From an uncultured Thermoplasmatales archaeon (GTDB lineage: Archaea; Thermoplasmatota; E2; UBA202; DSCA01), in the NCBI GenBank assembly GCA_964606745.1, contig CAZSHJ010000002.1, forward strand, positions 2,629 through 66,628: DNA of 64,000 nt, given 5' to 3'. How positions within the stretch are numbered: position 1 is the stretch's first letter; every line of letters begins with the position of its first letter. The translations under genes and the position numbers were made by a program. The notes under the pieces are model-generated. The model was not told the origin of the DNA. It ran no database searches and was given only the letters and a program-made list of their open reading frames with translations. This document shows positions 1 to 11,300 of this stretch, one piece after another.

Positions 1-1091
1 CCCTTTGTTGCCAGGGCATACATGGCAGCAAAATTTTGGGCCAAGCCGACAGATGCTATCACCTCTGCCAGTTCTCTCGAGGATTTTACGCCCAGTATTT
101 TCAGTGATATTCTTGCCACCGGATGTATTTTTGTTACCCCCCCTATCGTGCCTGCCGCCATCGGTATTATTATTTTTCCCGCAAGGTCGCAATCCTCGTT
201 TTTCTCCCATGTTGTCAGAGGTTTATAGCCGTTCATTGCAACGTAGGTATGTGCACCTGCCTCTATAGCCCTCCAGTCGTTTCCGGTTGCCATCGCCACC
301 GCGTCTATACCGTTCATGATTCCCTTGTTGTGGGTTGCCGCCCTATACGGGTCAAGAGATGCGAACTCGTATGCATGAATAACATTATCCACCACCTTCT
401 CTCCCCCGATTGCATTCTTATCAAAGACGGCGGTTGCCTCTACTGTACGATGGTCGGCGAGATTGGATATTATGCGAAGCAGCGTTCTTCCTCCAGATAT
501 ATTCTCTATCAAAGGGGCGCATGCCTCTGCCATTGTATTGACGGCATTGGCACCCATCGCATCTCTGACATCAACCAGCAAATGAACGCAGAGCATGTCA
601 TCGCTCAGCTTTCTCACTTCCATGTCCTTCACCCCTCCGCCCAAGCTTACCAGAATTTTATCCTGGGCATTTGCCAGTTCCAGTATTTCATCCCGGTGTT
701 CTTCTATATTTTCCATTGCATTCTCGTTTGCATCCAGCACCTGTATCTGTCCTATCATTACGGGTTCGCTTGCATGTGAGGTAAATCCCCCTTTAATTCT
801 TGCCATTTTTGCAGCGTTGGATGCAGCAGCGACTACTGATGTTTCTTCTATCGCCATCGGTATCAGATAGTCCTTTCCGTTAATCAAAAAATTTGTGGCC
901 ACTCCGAGGGGCATCTGCAGAGAGCCGATAACGTTCTCTATCATCCGGTCGGCTGTTTCCACGTCCAGACCATCCATGGAGGTGAGTATCTTCTCTTCCT
1001 TATCACTCAGCTCTGCGAAATCCTTCACCTTTTTTATTCTTTCTTTAACTGGCAGTTTATAGAATCCAGAAATACGTGATGTTTTTTCCAT
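1..1091 (-). CDS. hmgA: HMG-CoA reductase, class I (partial; C-terminus runs off window start)
   Basis: Minus-strand frame open from ATG (complement of 1089-1091) to position 1. Translation MEKTSRISGFYKLPVKERIKK...ENVIGSLQMPLGVATNFLINGKDYLIPMAIEETSVVAAASNAAK...DAMGANAVN carries the canonical HMGR ENxIG, EExSVVAA and DAMGAN motifs. Not in the supplied ORF track because the ORF is open-ended. Confidence 0.85.
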   Translation of the reverse strand, partial: MEKTSRISGFYKLPVKERIKKVKDFAELSDKEEKILTSMDGLDVETADRMIENVIGSLQMPLGVATNFLINGKDYLIPMAIEETSVVAAASNAAKMARIKGGFTSHASEPVMIGQIQVLDANENAMENIEEHRDEILELANAQDKILVSLGGGVKDMEVRKLSDDMLCVHLLVDVRDAMGANAVNTMAEACAPLIENISGGRTLLRIISNLADHRTVEATAVFDKNAIGGEKVVDNVIHAYEFASLDPYRAATHNKGIMNGIDAVAMATGNDWRAIEAGAHTYVAMNGYKPLTTWEKNEDCDLAGKIIIPMAAGTIGGVTKIHPVARISLKILGVKSSRELAEVIASVGLAQNFAAMYALATK

Positions 1092-1574
1092 GAATGGAAA
1101 GATGAATTTTTTATAAATATATATCGTAGGGAACCCCTTTATTAAAAAGAAGGTGTCTTCACACCCAAAGAATATTTCTCTCCCATCGAAATATTATTTT
1201 TCGCTCATTTTTAAAACAGAGAATCAGATAAAATGTTAAAACTAATAAAGAAAATAGAAAACCAAAATGTTACCAATAACGCAACAAAAGGTTTGCACCC
1301 CAAATTTTCTTTTCTTTGAAGGTAAGTTTTCTTTTTGGAATGGAGTAATTTTTCTTTTCAGAAAAGAAAAAGGGCTCAAATAAGGTCTGCGCATGAAATT
1401 TACAACTCGTTTTTCCCAACCGTACTGTAATAGAGAATCCAGAACAAGAACCATGCAGTCACAAATGCAATTAATCCCCCTATTATCTGAATTACTTCTC
1501 CCATCCTAATAAATTATTGCTCTTATGCATTATAAGCATTTCTAAATTTTTTGGGAAATATCCTGCCTTAAAAT

Positions 1575-3146
1575 TTATGAATTGATTTTTACAACTTCAT
1601 CCAACCTTTTCATCATGAATGCTTTTCCTAAAGAATGAATGAAATAGCCAGCTCTCGGTCCCTTCTTTTGTCCCAGAATTATCTCATAAAGCCACTGAAA
1701 TGCGACTTTTGCCAACATGCCTTCGTTCTCGGCAGATTCATAAATTGCCCTGTGGATTTCTTCCGCATTCCATTCTATGCTATCAAATTTGTTATTCAAT
1801 GCGGCAAAGAATTTTTTCTGTTCATCAGTTGTTTTTACCGGCAATTTTTCCTTGACTTCAAATTTTACAATGTCCGGGGCAGAGTTTACAAGCCAGTATT
1901 TCACTTTCTCAAGCCGGTCACCTAACTTTCTTTCCTCGTGCTCATCAAGCGTGTCTATCTCTCCGTTTCTCTTCAGTATTTTTCGAACACCCTTCCAGTC
2001 CCCTGCTATTTGTGCCAGCGTGACAATATGGCGGTATGATATTTGTCTGGGCATTTTATCGAATGTCTTGGGAAAAGGCTGTGAAAGCTCGTATATCCGT
2101 GCTGCATCCTTTATACCTGTCTTTACATCCTCCTCCCCGAAAACGATTCTCTCATACTTATCATACTCGTCCACCAGATCGAGCAAACCCAGTCCTGCAT
2201 CAAATTCAATATGACGTGATGGCTCCTGTTTCATGAGCAAAAAGCGTAGCACCTCTGGAGGAGTCATTTTAAGCATTTCCTCAGCCGCAACAGCCGTACC
2301 CGTGGAGCCGTGCATTGCCCCTCTGCCTTTCAAATTGATAAATTCATAGACCAGTGGCATCGGGGGCGGATAGCCATAAACTTTTTCAGATATGACCTTG
2401 CCCGTATCCCAGGAGCCGCCGGCGGCAGCATGGTCCTTGCCGAATGCTTCGAAGGTGACGCCAAATATTTTCCAGCGGGCTGGCCAGTCAATACGCCACG
2501 GCAACTTCCCCACCCCTCCATTTCTTATATCTGCCCTCTCCTCGTTGCCGCACTGGCATCTGTAGCTGACGGAAGGGTATTCGTAGGAAGAGATGTCCGA
2601 AGTGAATCTCCCGCATTTCTTGCATCTCACGCTGAGAGGCATCCATGTGTCGGGCAGATTTCTATTCGAGATGTTGTTGAGTATTTCTCTTATTTTGCCT
2701 GCGTTGTCCATGGCGACTTTTATCCCTTCGTTGTATTTTCCCGCTTGGTACATTTCGTGTGCCAAATAAACTGTGGGCTCTATTCCCAGTTCTTTCAGTG
2801 ATTTCAGAAATGGAGAGAGAAAGTGATGTGCATAGCTCTCGTGCTTTCCGCACGGGCATGGAATATCGGACAATGGCATGCCGACGTATTTTTCATATGA
2901 TTTGGACAGAAAAGGGTATACCTTTCGCAGAGTATCGAAGGTATCGCCGATGTATATCAACTCCGCATCACCGCCTTTATCAACCAAGGCCCTGTAAACC
3001 GCCTCTGTTGTGAGCACCTCCCTCATGTTGCCTATGTGGATTGGCCCTGATGGGGTGATGGCGGTCGCAAGAACATGCCTTTTATCCTTTTCAAGCAATT
3101 TTTCGGCTACAACGTCTGCCCAGTGCACAGCCCTTAATTGCCCCAA
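1575..3146 (-). CDS. lysK: Lysyl-tRNA synthetase, class I (archaeal type)
   Basis: 523 aa. N-terminal PSGPIHIGNMREV (HIGH-type motif), zinc-binding Cys cluster, overall class I LysRS architecture. Confidence 0.9.
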   Translation of the reverse strand: MGQLRAVHWADVVAEKLLEKDKRHVLATAITPSGPIHIGNMREVLTTEAVYRALVDKGGDAELIYIGDTFDTLRKVYPFLSKSYEKYVGMPLSDIPCPCGKHESYAHHFLSPFLKSLKELGIEPTVYLAHEMYQAGKYNEGIKVAMDNAGKIREILNNISNRNLPDTWMPLSVRCKKCGRFTSDISSYEYPSVSYRCQCGNEERADIRNGGVGKLPWRIDWPARWKIFGVTFEAFGKDHAAAGGSWDTGKVISEKVYGYPPPMPLVYEFINLKGRGAMHGSTGTAVAAEEMLKMTPPEVLRFLLMKQEPSRHIEFDAGLGLLDLVDEYDKYERIVFGEEDVKTGIKDAARIYELSQPFPKTFDKMPRQISYRHIVTLAQIAGDWKGVRKILKRNGEIDTLDEHEERKLGDRLEKVKYWLVNSAPDIVKFEVKEKLPVKTTDEQKKFFAALNNKFDSIEWNAEEIHRAIYESAENEGMLAKVAFQWLYEIILGQKKGPRAGYFIHSLGKAFMMKRLDEVVKINS

Positions 3147-3226
3147 GCATTTTATTTTTTTGGGTTTTCACTCCGGATATTCTAGTTATCCCAATTTTTA
3201 AATATCTTCATCGATTAATCCATAAA

Positions 3227-5278
3227 ATGAAGAAATGGGCAATATTGGTTGTTGCTATGCTCGTTGTTATCAACTTTTCTATCAGCGGCGGCACAGCAGT
3301 AAAAGAAAAAGAAATTGTTGTGGTATCTGATAGTGATGCTTTCTTTTCTTTGATTTCAACGTCTCTTGCTTTTCATGAAGGGAAGGCGCCGATGCTGCTC
3401 TTTAAAAATAATCTGACTGCACAGCAGAAATTCATTGATGATTACGGTGCTGAAAAACTGATTACCGTGGGAAAGCATGTTGATGTCTCTATTCCTACTC
3501 GGGAATTTCTGGGAGATGCAGTGGCAGTATCATTGGAAATTGCTGAATTCTTTGGGAAGAGTGATGCTGTAGTGGTTATGCCGTACAGCATGGATGAGTA
3601 CAATCTTTCCATGATAGCCACACCCATATCATGTTATCTTGATGCTCCCATACTGCTCTACAACGGGAATGATGATACAGTCCTTTCTGCCATTGGTGAA
3701 TTGCATGCAAAGAATATAATCTCCATTGGAAGCGTTCCCGTCGGAAACATCCATCTCAGAAATGAGGAGGATATCTATGGATATCTATTGGATATTAAGG
3801 ATGTAAAATATATGGCGGTAGCAAATCCAAATGACGAGGTAGAGCCCTCTGTGATGAAAAAACAGGAAACGAATTTTGGCGGACATATTAGGAACCTGCA
3901 ACTCACGCTCTTTTCACAGAAAATAAATCTTGTGGGTACGGACGAGACAACCTTTGGTATATCCGTACCAGATGGCATAAACAGAATCAAGATTTTGATA
4001 GATGTATCGAAAAAAGATTGGGCACCTTATATCATCTCCTCGGTGCTGTATGATGAAAATGGCAAAATGGTCACATATTCATTCAGCCAGGCATATGAAT
4101 TCCAGAAATGCTACATGGATGCATTGTCAATAAATGATACAGGCGATTACACACTGTCAGTAAAGTTATATCATGGGTTCAAGGGCGGTTACTTTTTACA
4201 GCGTGGCTTTTCATATGTAGATGCATCCTTCAATGTCACGGTTGAAGTGCAAAAACTGGCCTCGCCCCATTTGCCTCTTGTCCCAATTTCAAAACTTGCG
4301 CCCTATATAGCGACATACCACGACGGCATGGTTCTCTCAGCCCAGAATGAAATAACAACTGAGGCATACGGGGACATTGCATCTGGTACAGCTGGTGGTG
4401 CCTGGAACAATGTTGCCCTGCAGAAATATGTTAATAGCCAAGTCAACAAAACCGTGAATAAGATTGAAAAGTATATGGAAGATAGCATAAAATGGGTGGC
4501 TGTTGTCGGAGACACCAACATGATGCCCATGTACTACTATAATGGAAGCATGGAGGATGATTACGTAGGTTTCGGCATACCCTCTGACAACCCTTATTTC
4601 ATGAATTTCAGTGTTGCGGCTGGTAGGGTTCTGGCGATGGATGATGTTGACACTTCATTGCTCATAAGCAGGAGCCTTTTTTACGATGAGATTTGCCACG
4701 GGGAGTGGATGAAAAATTTTACGTTCATATTCGGCGAGGGTTTTGGCGAGACAGCGGGCATTTTCCATCAGATTCCTTACTCAAAAGTGGTATCCCAGTA
4801 CGGTTTTTCCACAAGAATTTTTGGGGATTTGAGAAACAGCCGCCATGCACTGGAAAGACTCAATGCGTTTGATGCAAATTATATAGAGTACGAGGGGCAT
4901 GGCGACTGGTACTGGATGTTTTCCAACATATACGGCATAAACTCCTACACCAAGGAGGTTGACTCCAGCCATGCAAAGCATTTTACCATGCAGCCAAGCG
5001 TTGTTTTGAGCGCCGCCTGTTTGATGGGACGGATAGATGGCATACCTCTCGACGAAAATATCGGGATGGCATTTATCCATGCTGGTGCGGGAGCGTTCAT
5101 AGGGGCAACCAGGGAGACGGGGCAGGAGGCGGAGCTTGAGATAATAGAGAACAGCCTTATAAAAAACAACACGAGCATAGGGGAAGCGCTTCTACAGGCA
5201 AAACTTTTCGATAAGCCCCCGACAAAATACGCCCGTGTGCTTTACGGAGACCCTGCATTCAATCCATATGAGCCATAA
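3227..5278 (+). CDS. Secreted clan CD cysteine peptidase, C25 (gingipain)-like, with N-terminal CWB2-type cell-wall-binding repeats
   Basis: Signal peptide MKKWAILVVAMLVVINF. Two to three repeats resembling clostridial cell wall binding repeat 2 (EIVVVSDSDAFFSLISTSLAFHEGKAPMLLF; AVVVMPYSMDEYNLSMIATPISCYLDAPILLYNG). C-terminal His-Gly / Ala-Cys dyad (YEGHGDWYW ... VVLSAACLMGRIDG ... GAGAFIGATRETG) as in gingipain catalytic domains. Confidence 0.7.
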   Translation: MKKWAILVVAMLVVINFSISGGTAVKEKEIVVVSDSDAFFSLISTSLAFHEGKAPMLLFKNNLTAQQKFIDDYGAEKLITVGKHVDVSIPTREFLGDAVAVSLEIAEFFGKSDAVVVMPYSMDEYNLSMIATPISCYLDAPILLYNGNDDTVLSAIGELHAKNIISIGSVPVGNIHLRNEEDIYGYLLDIKDVKYMAVANPNDEVEPSVMKKQETNFGGHIRNLQLTLFSQKINLVGTDETTFGISVPDGINRIKILIDVSKKDWAPYIISSVLYDENGKMVTYSFSQAYEFQKCYMDALSINDTGDYTLSVKLYHGFKGGYFLQRGFSYVDASFNVTVEVQKLASPHLPLVPISKLAPYIATYHDGMVLSAQNEITTEAYGDIASGTAGGAWNNVALQKYVNSQVNKTVNKIEKYMEDSIKWVAVVGDTNMMPMYYYNGSMEDDYVGFGIPSDNPYFMNFSVAAGRVLAMDDVDTSLLISRSLFYDEICHGEWMKNFTFIFGEGFGETAGIFHQIPYSKVVSQYGFSTRIFGDLRNSRHALERLNAFDANYIEYEGHGDWYWMFSNIYGINSYTKEVDSSHAKHFTMQPSVVLSAACLMGRIDGIPLDENIGMAFIHAGAGAFIGATRETGQEAELEIIENSLIKNNTSIGEALLQAKLFDKPPTKYARVLYGDPAFNPYEP

Positions 5279-5337
5279 AAATTGCAAAACGAAAGTTTTA
5301 AGGTAACAATTGCATTATAATCTTTGGAGGCAAAAAT

Positions 5338-8300
5338 ATGCGAGGAAAGAAAGTAGGCATACTTCTTTTGATTGTGGCAAGTTTGGTGATCGCATCTTTT
5401 GTTATTGCAGAGATGAAAAATGGTTTGGATATAAAAGAGGTGAGAGCAGAGCCAAATGGAGGGAACATATTGTATGTTGGTGGAACGGGGCTAGACAACT
5501 ATACAACCATTCAAGCAGCAATAGATGATGCAAATCCAGGAGATACTGTTTTTGTTTATAATGGAACGTATTACGAAAATGTGGTTGTAGATAAATCCAT
5601 TAATCTCATTGGTGAGAACAAAAATACTACTATTATCGATGGAAATGGAACGGGAAATGTTGTGAATATTAGTGCTGACTGGGTAAATATAAGTGGTTTT
5701 TCAATAAGAAATAGTGGCAGCAACTTAAGGATTTTCGGGATATTCGCCAGTGGTTATAACAATATTATCATTTTCTCTTGCATCATCTCAAATAATGACA
5801 TTGGTGTTGTCCTCAGTGGTTACAATAACACTGTTTTCTCTTGCATCATCTCAAATAATGACATTGGTGTTGTTGTCCTCAGTGGTTACAATAACACTGT
5901 TTTCTCTTGCGTTATCTCAAATAATGGTTTTGGTGTTTTCCTCAGTGGTTACAATAACACTGTTTTCTCTTGCATCATCTCAAATAATGGTTTTGTTGGA
6001 ATCAGGCTTGATTCTTCCAGTAATATCACCATTTCTAATAATACTTTTACAAATGATGGTATCACAATCGCTGGTTCTTTATCTCATTTCATTCATAGGA
6101 TTGAGAACAATACAGTAAATGGTAAATCCTTACTCTATTACAAAAATGAAAATAATGTTGTTTTGGATGGGGCTGGGACAGGACAACTAATACTGGTAAA
6201 TTGCAGCAATTTTGAAATAAAAAATATAAACATAAGCGATACACATATTGGAATAGAAGTTGCCTATTCCAGCAATATCACCGTTTCCAACTGCAACCTT
6301 TCAAACAATTATGAGGGCATCAGGCTTGAGTATTCCAGCAACACTACTATCTCCTCCTGCAACATCTCAAACAATTACGATGGCATACAGGTATATTGTT
6401 CAACCAACAATACCATTGCTGACTGTACCATTTCGAGCAACTTTAACGGTATCGGTATCGAGCTTAAGTATTCCAGCAACAACACCATTTCCTCTTGCAC
6501 CATCTCTTCAAACATTTATATCACTTATATCGGCATCCTGCTTTTTGAATCAAGCAACAACAACTTGATTTACCATAACAACTTCATTAACAACGTCAAT
6601 CAAGCATATGATGATGGTGATAACACCTGGGACAACGGTTATCCCTCAGGTGGCAATTACTGGTCTGATTTTGATGAGCCAAGCGAGGGAGCATGGGATA
6701 ATAACAGCGACGGGATTGCAGATTCACCATATTATATACCTAGTGGGAGCAATCAAGATAGATATCCACTTATAAATCCATGGAACATGACAATAAATCA
6801 GCGTCCAACCGTGAACATCGCATTTCCCTTTAATGGTTCAACAGTAAACGGAACTATCATAGTTAATGGAACAGCAAATGATACCGACAACACCATCCAG
6901 AAAGTAGAGATAAAAATAGATAACGGCTCATGGATGATAGCCAATGGAACAACATCATGGAACTATTCATGGGATACGACTACGGTCAGCAATGGAAATC
7001 ATACAATCTATGCTCGCAGCTATGATGGAGAAGACTATTCAACCATCGTGCAAGTAAATGTAACGGTGAATAATATTATACTGCCTCCGCCAAGCATTGT
7101 TTATGTCGATGATGATTTTAATGAATCTACTCCAGGGTGGCAATATGACCACTTTGATAAAATTCAGGATGGGATTGATGCAGTAGCTGATAGCACGGTA
7201 TATGTTTTCAATGGAATATATTATGAAAATGTAGTTGTGAACAAATCAATTAATCTGATTGGAGAGAACAGAAATACTACTATTATTGACGGCAGTGGCA
7301 TGGGGGATGTTGTTTATGTTTCTGCTGATTGGGTGAATATTAGTAATTTTACTATACAAGGTAGTGGAAATAGCTATCCTTTTGATATTGGGGCTGGAAT
7401 GAATATTTGTTCAAACAATAACACCATCTTTTGTAACATCTTCTCTAACAACGGTAATGGCTTAGTACTCAGTTACTCAAACAACAACTCTATAACTTCA
7501 AACCATATCTATAATAATTCTCGGGGTGTCTTACTCAGTTACTCAAACAATAATTCTATTACGGACAACTCTTTTTTAAATGACGGACTTTCTACTACGG
7601 ATTCATATCAAAATACCGTTATCAACAACACGGTTAACGGCAAACCCCTCGTGTATTTGGAAGATGAATCAGATATGGTTGTAGATAATGCAGGGCAGGT
7701 GATACTTGTCAACTGTGACAACATTACTGTCCAAAATTTAGAATTATCTAACACTACTGTTGGTATTGAATTGCAGGACTCCAACAACTGTTTTATATTT
7801 GGTAATCTCATTTCTAATAACAGGTTGGGTATGGTGTTTGATTCTTCTAGCAATAATGTAATTTCTGACTGCAATATTTTAAATAATTCTTTTTCTGAAG
7901 GCCTTGGAGTGGGCATCTCTCTCGATACTTCAGATTATAACACAATTTCAAATTGCAACATCTCACACAATGGGATAGGTATCGCATTGCTACATTCATA
8001 CCTCAATACAATTTATAACTCTGCTATTTCAAACAACTATGCTGGTTTTATCCTATTCGGAACGGGTGACAATACCGTATTCTTCAATAATTTCATTGGC
8101 AATAGATATATTACTTTTCTAAATCCTTCTACTGGGATTATATGGGGTTCTTATCGTTCATATACATACAATGGAACAAATTATACTAATCATCTTGGTA
8201 ATTATTATGATGACTATAGTGGCAATGACACAGATGGAGATGGAATAGGAGATATATCATATAAGATAGATGAACATAGCTATGATCATCATCCTTTAGC

Positions 8301-11300
8301 GATGCCTAAACAAAATTACATCATCTTGCCACCTCCGCAACCTCCAACTGTAAATATAACATATCCTTATAACGGAATGACACTAAACGGTACTGTTATT
8401 ATTACTGGAATAGCTGATGATATCGATGGAATTGTTCAGAAGGTTGAGATAAGTACTGATTTTTTTCAGTGGATAACAGCCGTAGGGACTATTTTATGGA
8501 ATTATACTTGGAATACAACCACAGTAAGCAATGGTTTCCATGTAATATCTGCTCGTAGCTATGACGGAATAGAATACTCAGATATAGCAGCAGTGATGGT
8601 AACGGTGAATAACACCTATGCTTCACTCTCTGTTGTATATGTCGATGATGATTTTAACGAATCTACTCCCAGTTGGGATTACGACCATTTCGACAACATT
8701 CAGGATGGAATTGATGTTGTTGCCGAAAATGGAACTGTATATGTTTACAATGGAACATATTATGAAAATGTTGTTGTGAATAAAACCATAAATCTCATTG
8801 GGGAAGATAGGAATAGCACAATTATAGATGGAAATGGAACAGAAAATGTTGTGAATATTAGTGCTGACTGGGTAAATATAAGTGGTTTTTCAATCAGGAA
8901 TGGTAATTGGTGTGGTATCTATACCCGTTATTCTAACAACACCACTTTAATCGGGAACATTATTAAAGATAATATAGGCAGTGGTACTCTTTCGCTTTTC
9001 TCTAACAACATTACGATATCTCATAACAGCATTTTATTAAATGGTGGAAGTGGCATAGAATTATGGAATCCAAATTTTGCCAATATATCAAACAATATTA
9101 TATCAAAAAATATACTAGATGGCATTAATGTGTCTTCATCAAGTAGCAGCACTTTTACTAGCAATTTAATTAGCAACAATACCATGTTTGGTATACGAAT
9201 GTACGACTCTTCTACAGACAATAATACTATATCTAATAACATTATCTGCAATAATGGTTACGGCATCGAACTCGCATATTCAAACAACAACACAATTTCA
9301 AACTGTAACGTTTCTAATTCCACTATAGGCATCTGGCTTAAGCAAGCGAATAATAATACGATTACTAATATTACATCATATAACAACTGGGGAGATGGAA
9401 TTCGGCTTGTGGAATCATCTTTCAATCATATAGACAGTTGTTTCGTTTTTGGAAGTCAATGGAACGGGCTGGGATTTAACTATTCCTGTAATCATAATGT
9501 GATAAAGAATTGTACTATCGCCAATAACTGGGATGGCATTCGCATTTGCACGTCGTCCCATAACAGTATCTCCATGTGCACTTTAATAAACGAAAACAAC
9601 AATATCATATTGGATATGTCAGATTATACCGATATAGAAAAATGTGAAATAAAGGAAGGACAATCTGGCATCAAACTTGTTTATTCATCAAGCTACAACA
9701 CAATTTCTAACTGCAACATTTCAAACAATGATGAGGGCATCGATCTTGATTCCTCACCCAACAACGAAATCCACTATAACAATATTTATGGAAACAGTGA
9801 ATATGGTATTAGAAATTGGAACAGCGAGTTGCAATACGTGGTAAATGCCGCCTACAATTATTGGGATTTCCTGTCTGGTCCTTATCATCCAACGTTGAAT
9901 CCTACCGGAACGGGCGATAATGTAAGCGACAACGTTGATTTTATTCCTTGGCTTACTGCACCAGTAATAGGCGGAATGGAAGGAACTTTAACTGAGGGAG
10001 AAAATGAAGTCGATGCAATTGATGAGGCAGATACAATTATAGAAATAAATGCTACGGCAAACAACAGTATGAGAATTATTTCTTACGAAGAAGCACCTGT
10101 TGAAGAGCCAGAAGTTGTTAAATCAATAGGAAAATATATTGAGATAGAAGTAGAAAATGAAACTGCTGTTGAATGGCCAATATTCATTCAAATTTATTAC
10201 ACGCAGGAAGATTTAGATAATACCGGAATAACAGAAAATCAAATTATTGGAATTTATTTTTACAATGAAAGCAGTGGCGAATGGGAACTTTACAACGATG
10301 CGGGAGTCAACACAACCGATATCATGGTTAGTAGAAAACAATATGCTGGCTATGTATGGGCAAATGCATGGCATCTCACCAATATGACCATAGGTGCTGA
10401 TAATAACCCTCCAGAAATAAGCAATGTTGATGCAAATCCAGAAAGCCAAGAAATAAATGGATATGTGAATATATCTTGTGTTGTTACAGATAATATTGAA
10501 ACATCAGAAGTTTTTGTTAACATAACATATCCTGATTCAACTTACCACAATCTTTCAATGGTAAATATCGCAGGAAGTGATATCCATTATTACAATGCGT
10601 CTTATTCATCAGAAGGAAATTATGAATACTTCATTTGGGCAAGTGATACAAGTGCAAATGCAAATGTCTCATCAAAGAAATCGTTTTCTGTATTTATTCC
10701 GCAATACACATTAAATATTTTAGTTTCTCCAGAAAGTGCAGGAACTGTTACCCTTAGTCCATCCGGTGGAACATACGATGAAGGAACTGTAGTTACCGTA
10801 ACTGCTCATGCTAATACAGACTATGAATTTAATCATTGGTCTGGAGATGTTTCCAGTAGCAATCCAACAGTGCAAATCACGATGGACAGCGATAAAAGTA
10901 TAACTGTTAATTTCACTGAGAACCCTCCTCATCAGTACACATTAACAGCATCTGTTGACCCATCCGGAAGTGGAAGCATTACATTGAATCCTCTTGGTGG
11001 AACGTATGATGAGGGAACCACCGTTACTGCAACAGCCAATCCAAATACTGGCTATGAATTTGATCATTGGTCAGGAGATGCAAGTGGAATAACAAGCAGC
11101 ATACAAATTACAATGGATAGTGATAAAAGCATAACTGCCCATTTCTCAGTCATACAATACACTCTTACAACATCTATCACTCCATCTGGAAGCGGGTATG
11201 TTACTTTGAATCCAACTGGTGGAACATATGATGAAGGAACTGTTGTGACTGTTACTGCTCATGCAAACTCTGGGTATGAGTTCGACCATTGGTCAGGAGA

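Noticed and set aside
123-870. Plus-strand ORFs 123..779 and 595..870 with low-complexity translations
   Set aside because: They lie antisense to the HMG-CoA reductase reading frame, which carries clear family motifs. Shadow ORFs.
1242-1515. Small minus-strand ORFs in the hmgA-lysK spacer (70-aa ORF, and a 34-aa hydrophobic peptide MGEVIQIIGGLIAFVTAWFLFWILYY...)
   Set aside because: No RBS or promoter context I can defend and no recognisable family. May be a real miniprotein, but the sequence alone does not support calling it.
1635-2236. Plus-strand ORFs inside lysK
   Set aside because: Antisense to a well-supported class I LysRS gene.
5750-6118. ORF 5750..6118 (+) with a repetitive MVITILSFSLASSQIM... 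translation
   Set aside because: Alternate-frame reading of the tandem repeat tract inside the giant surface-protein gene.
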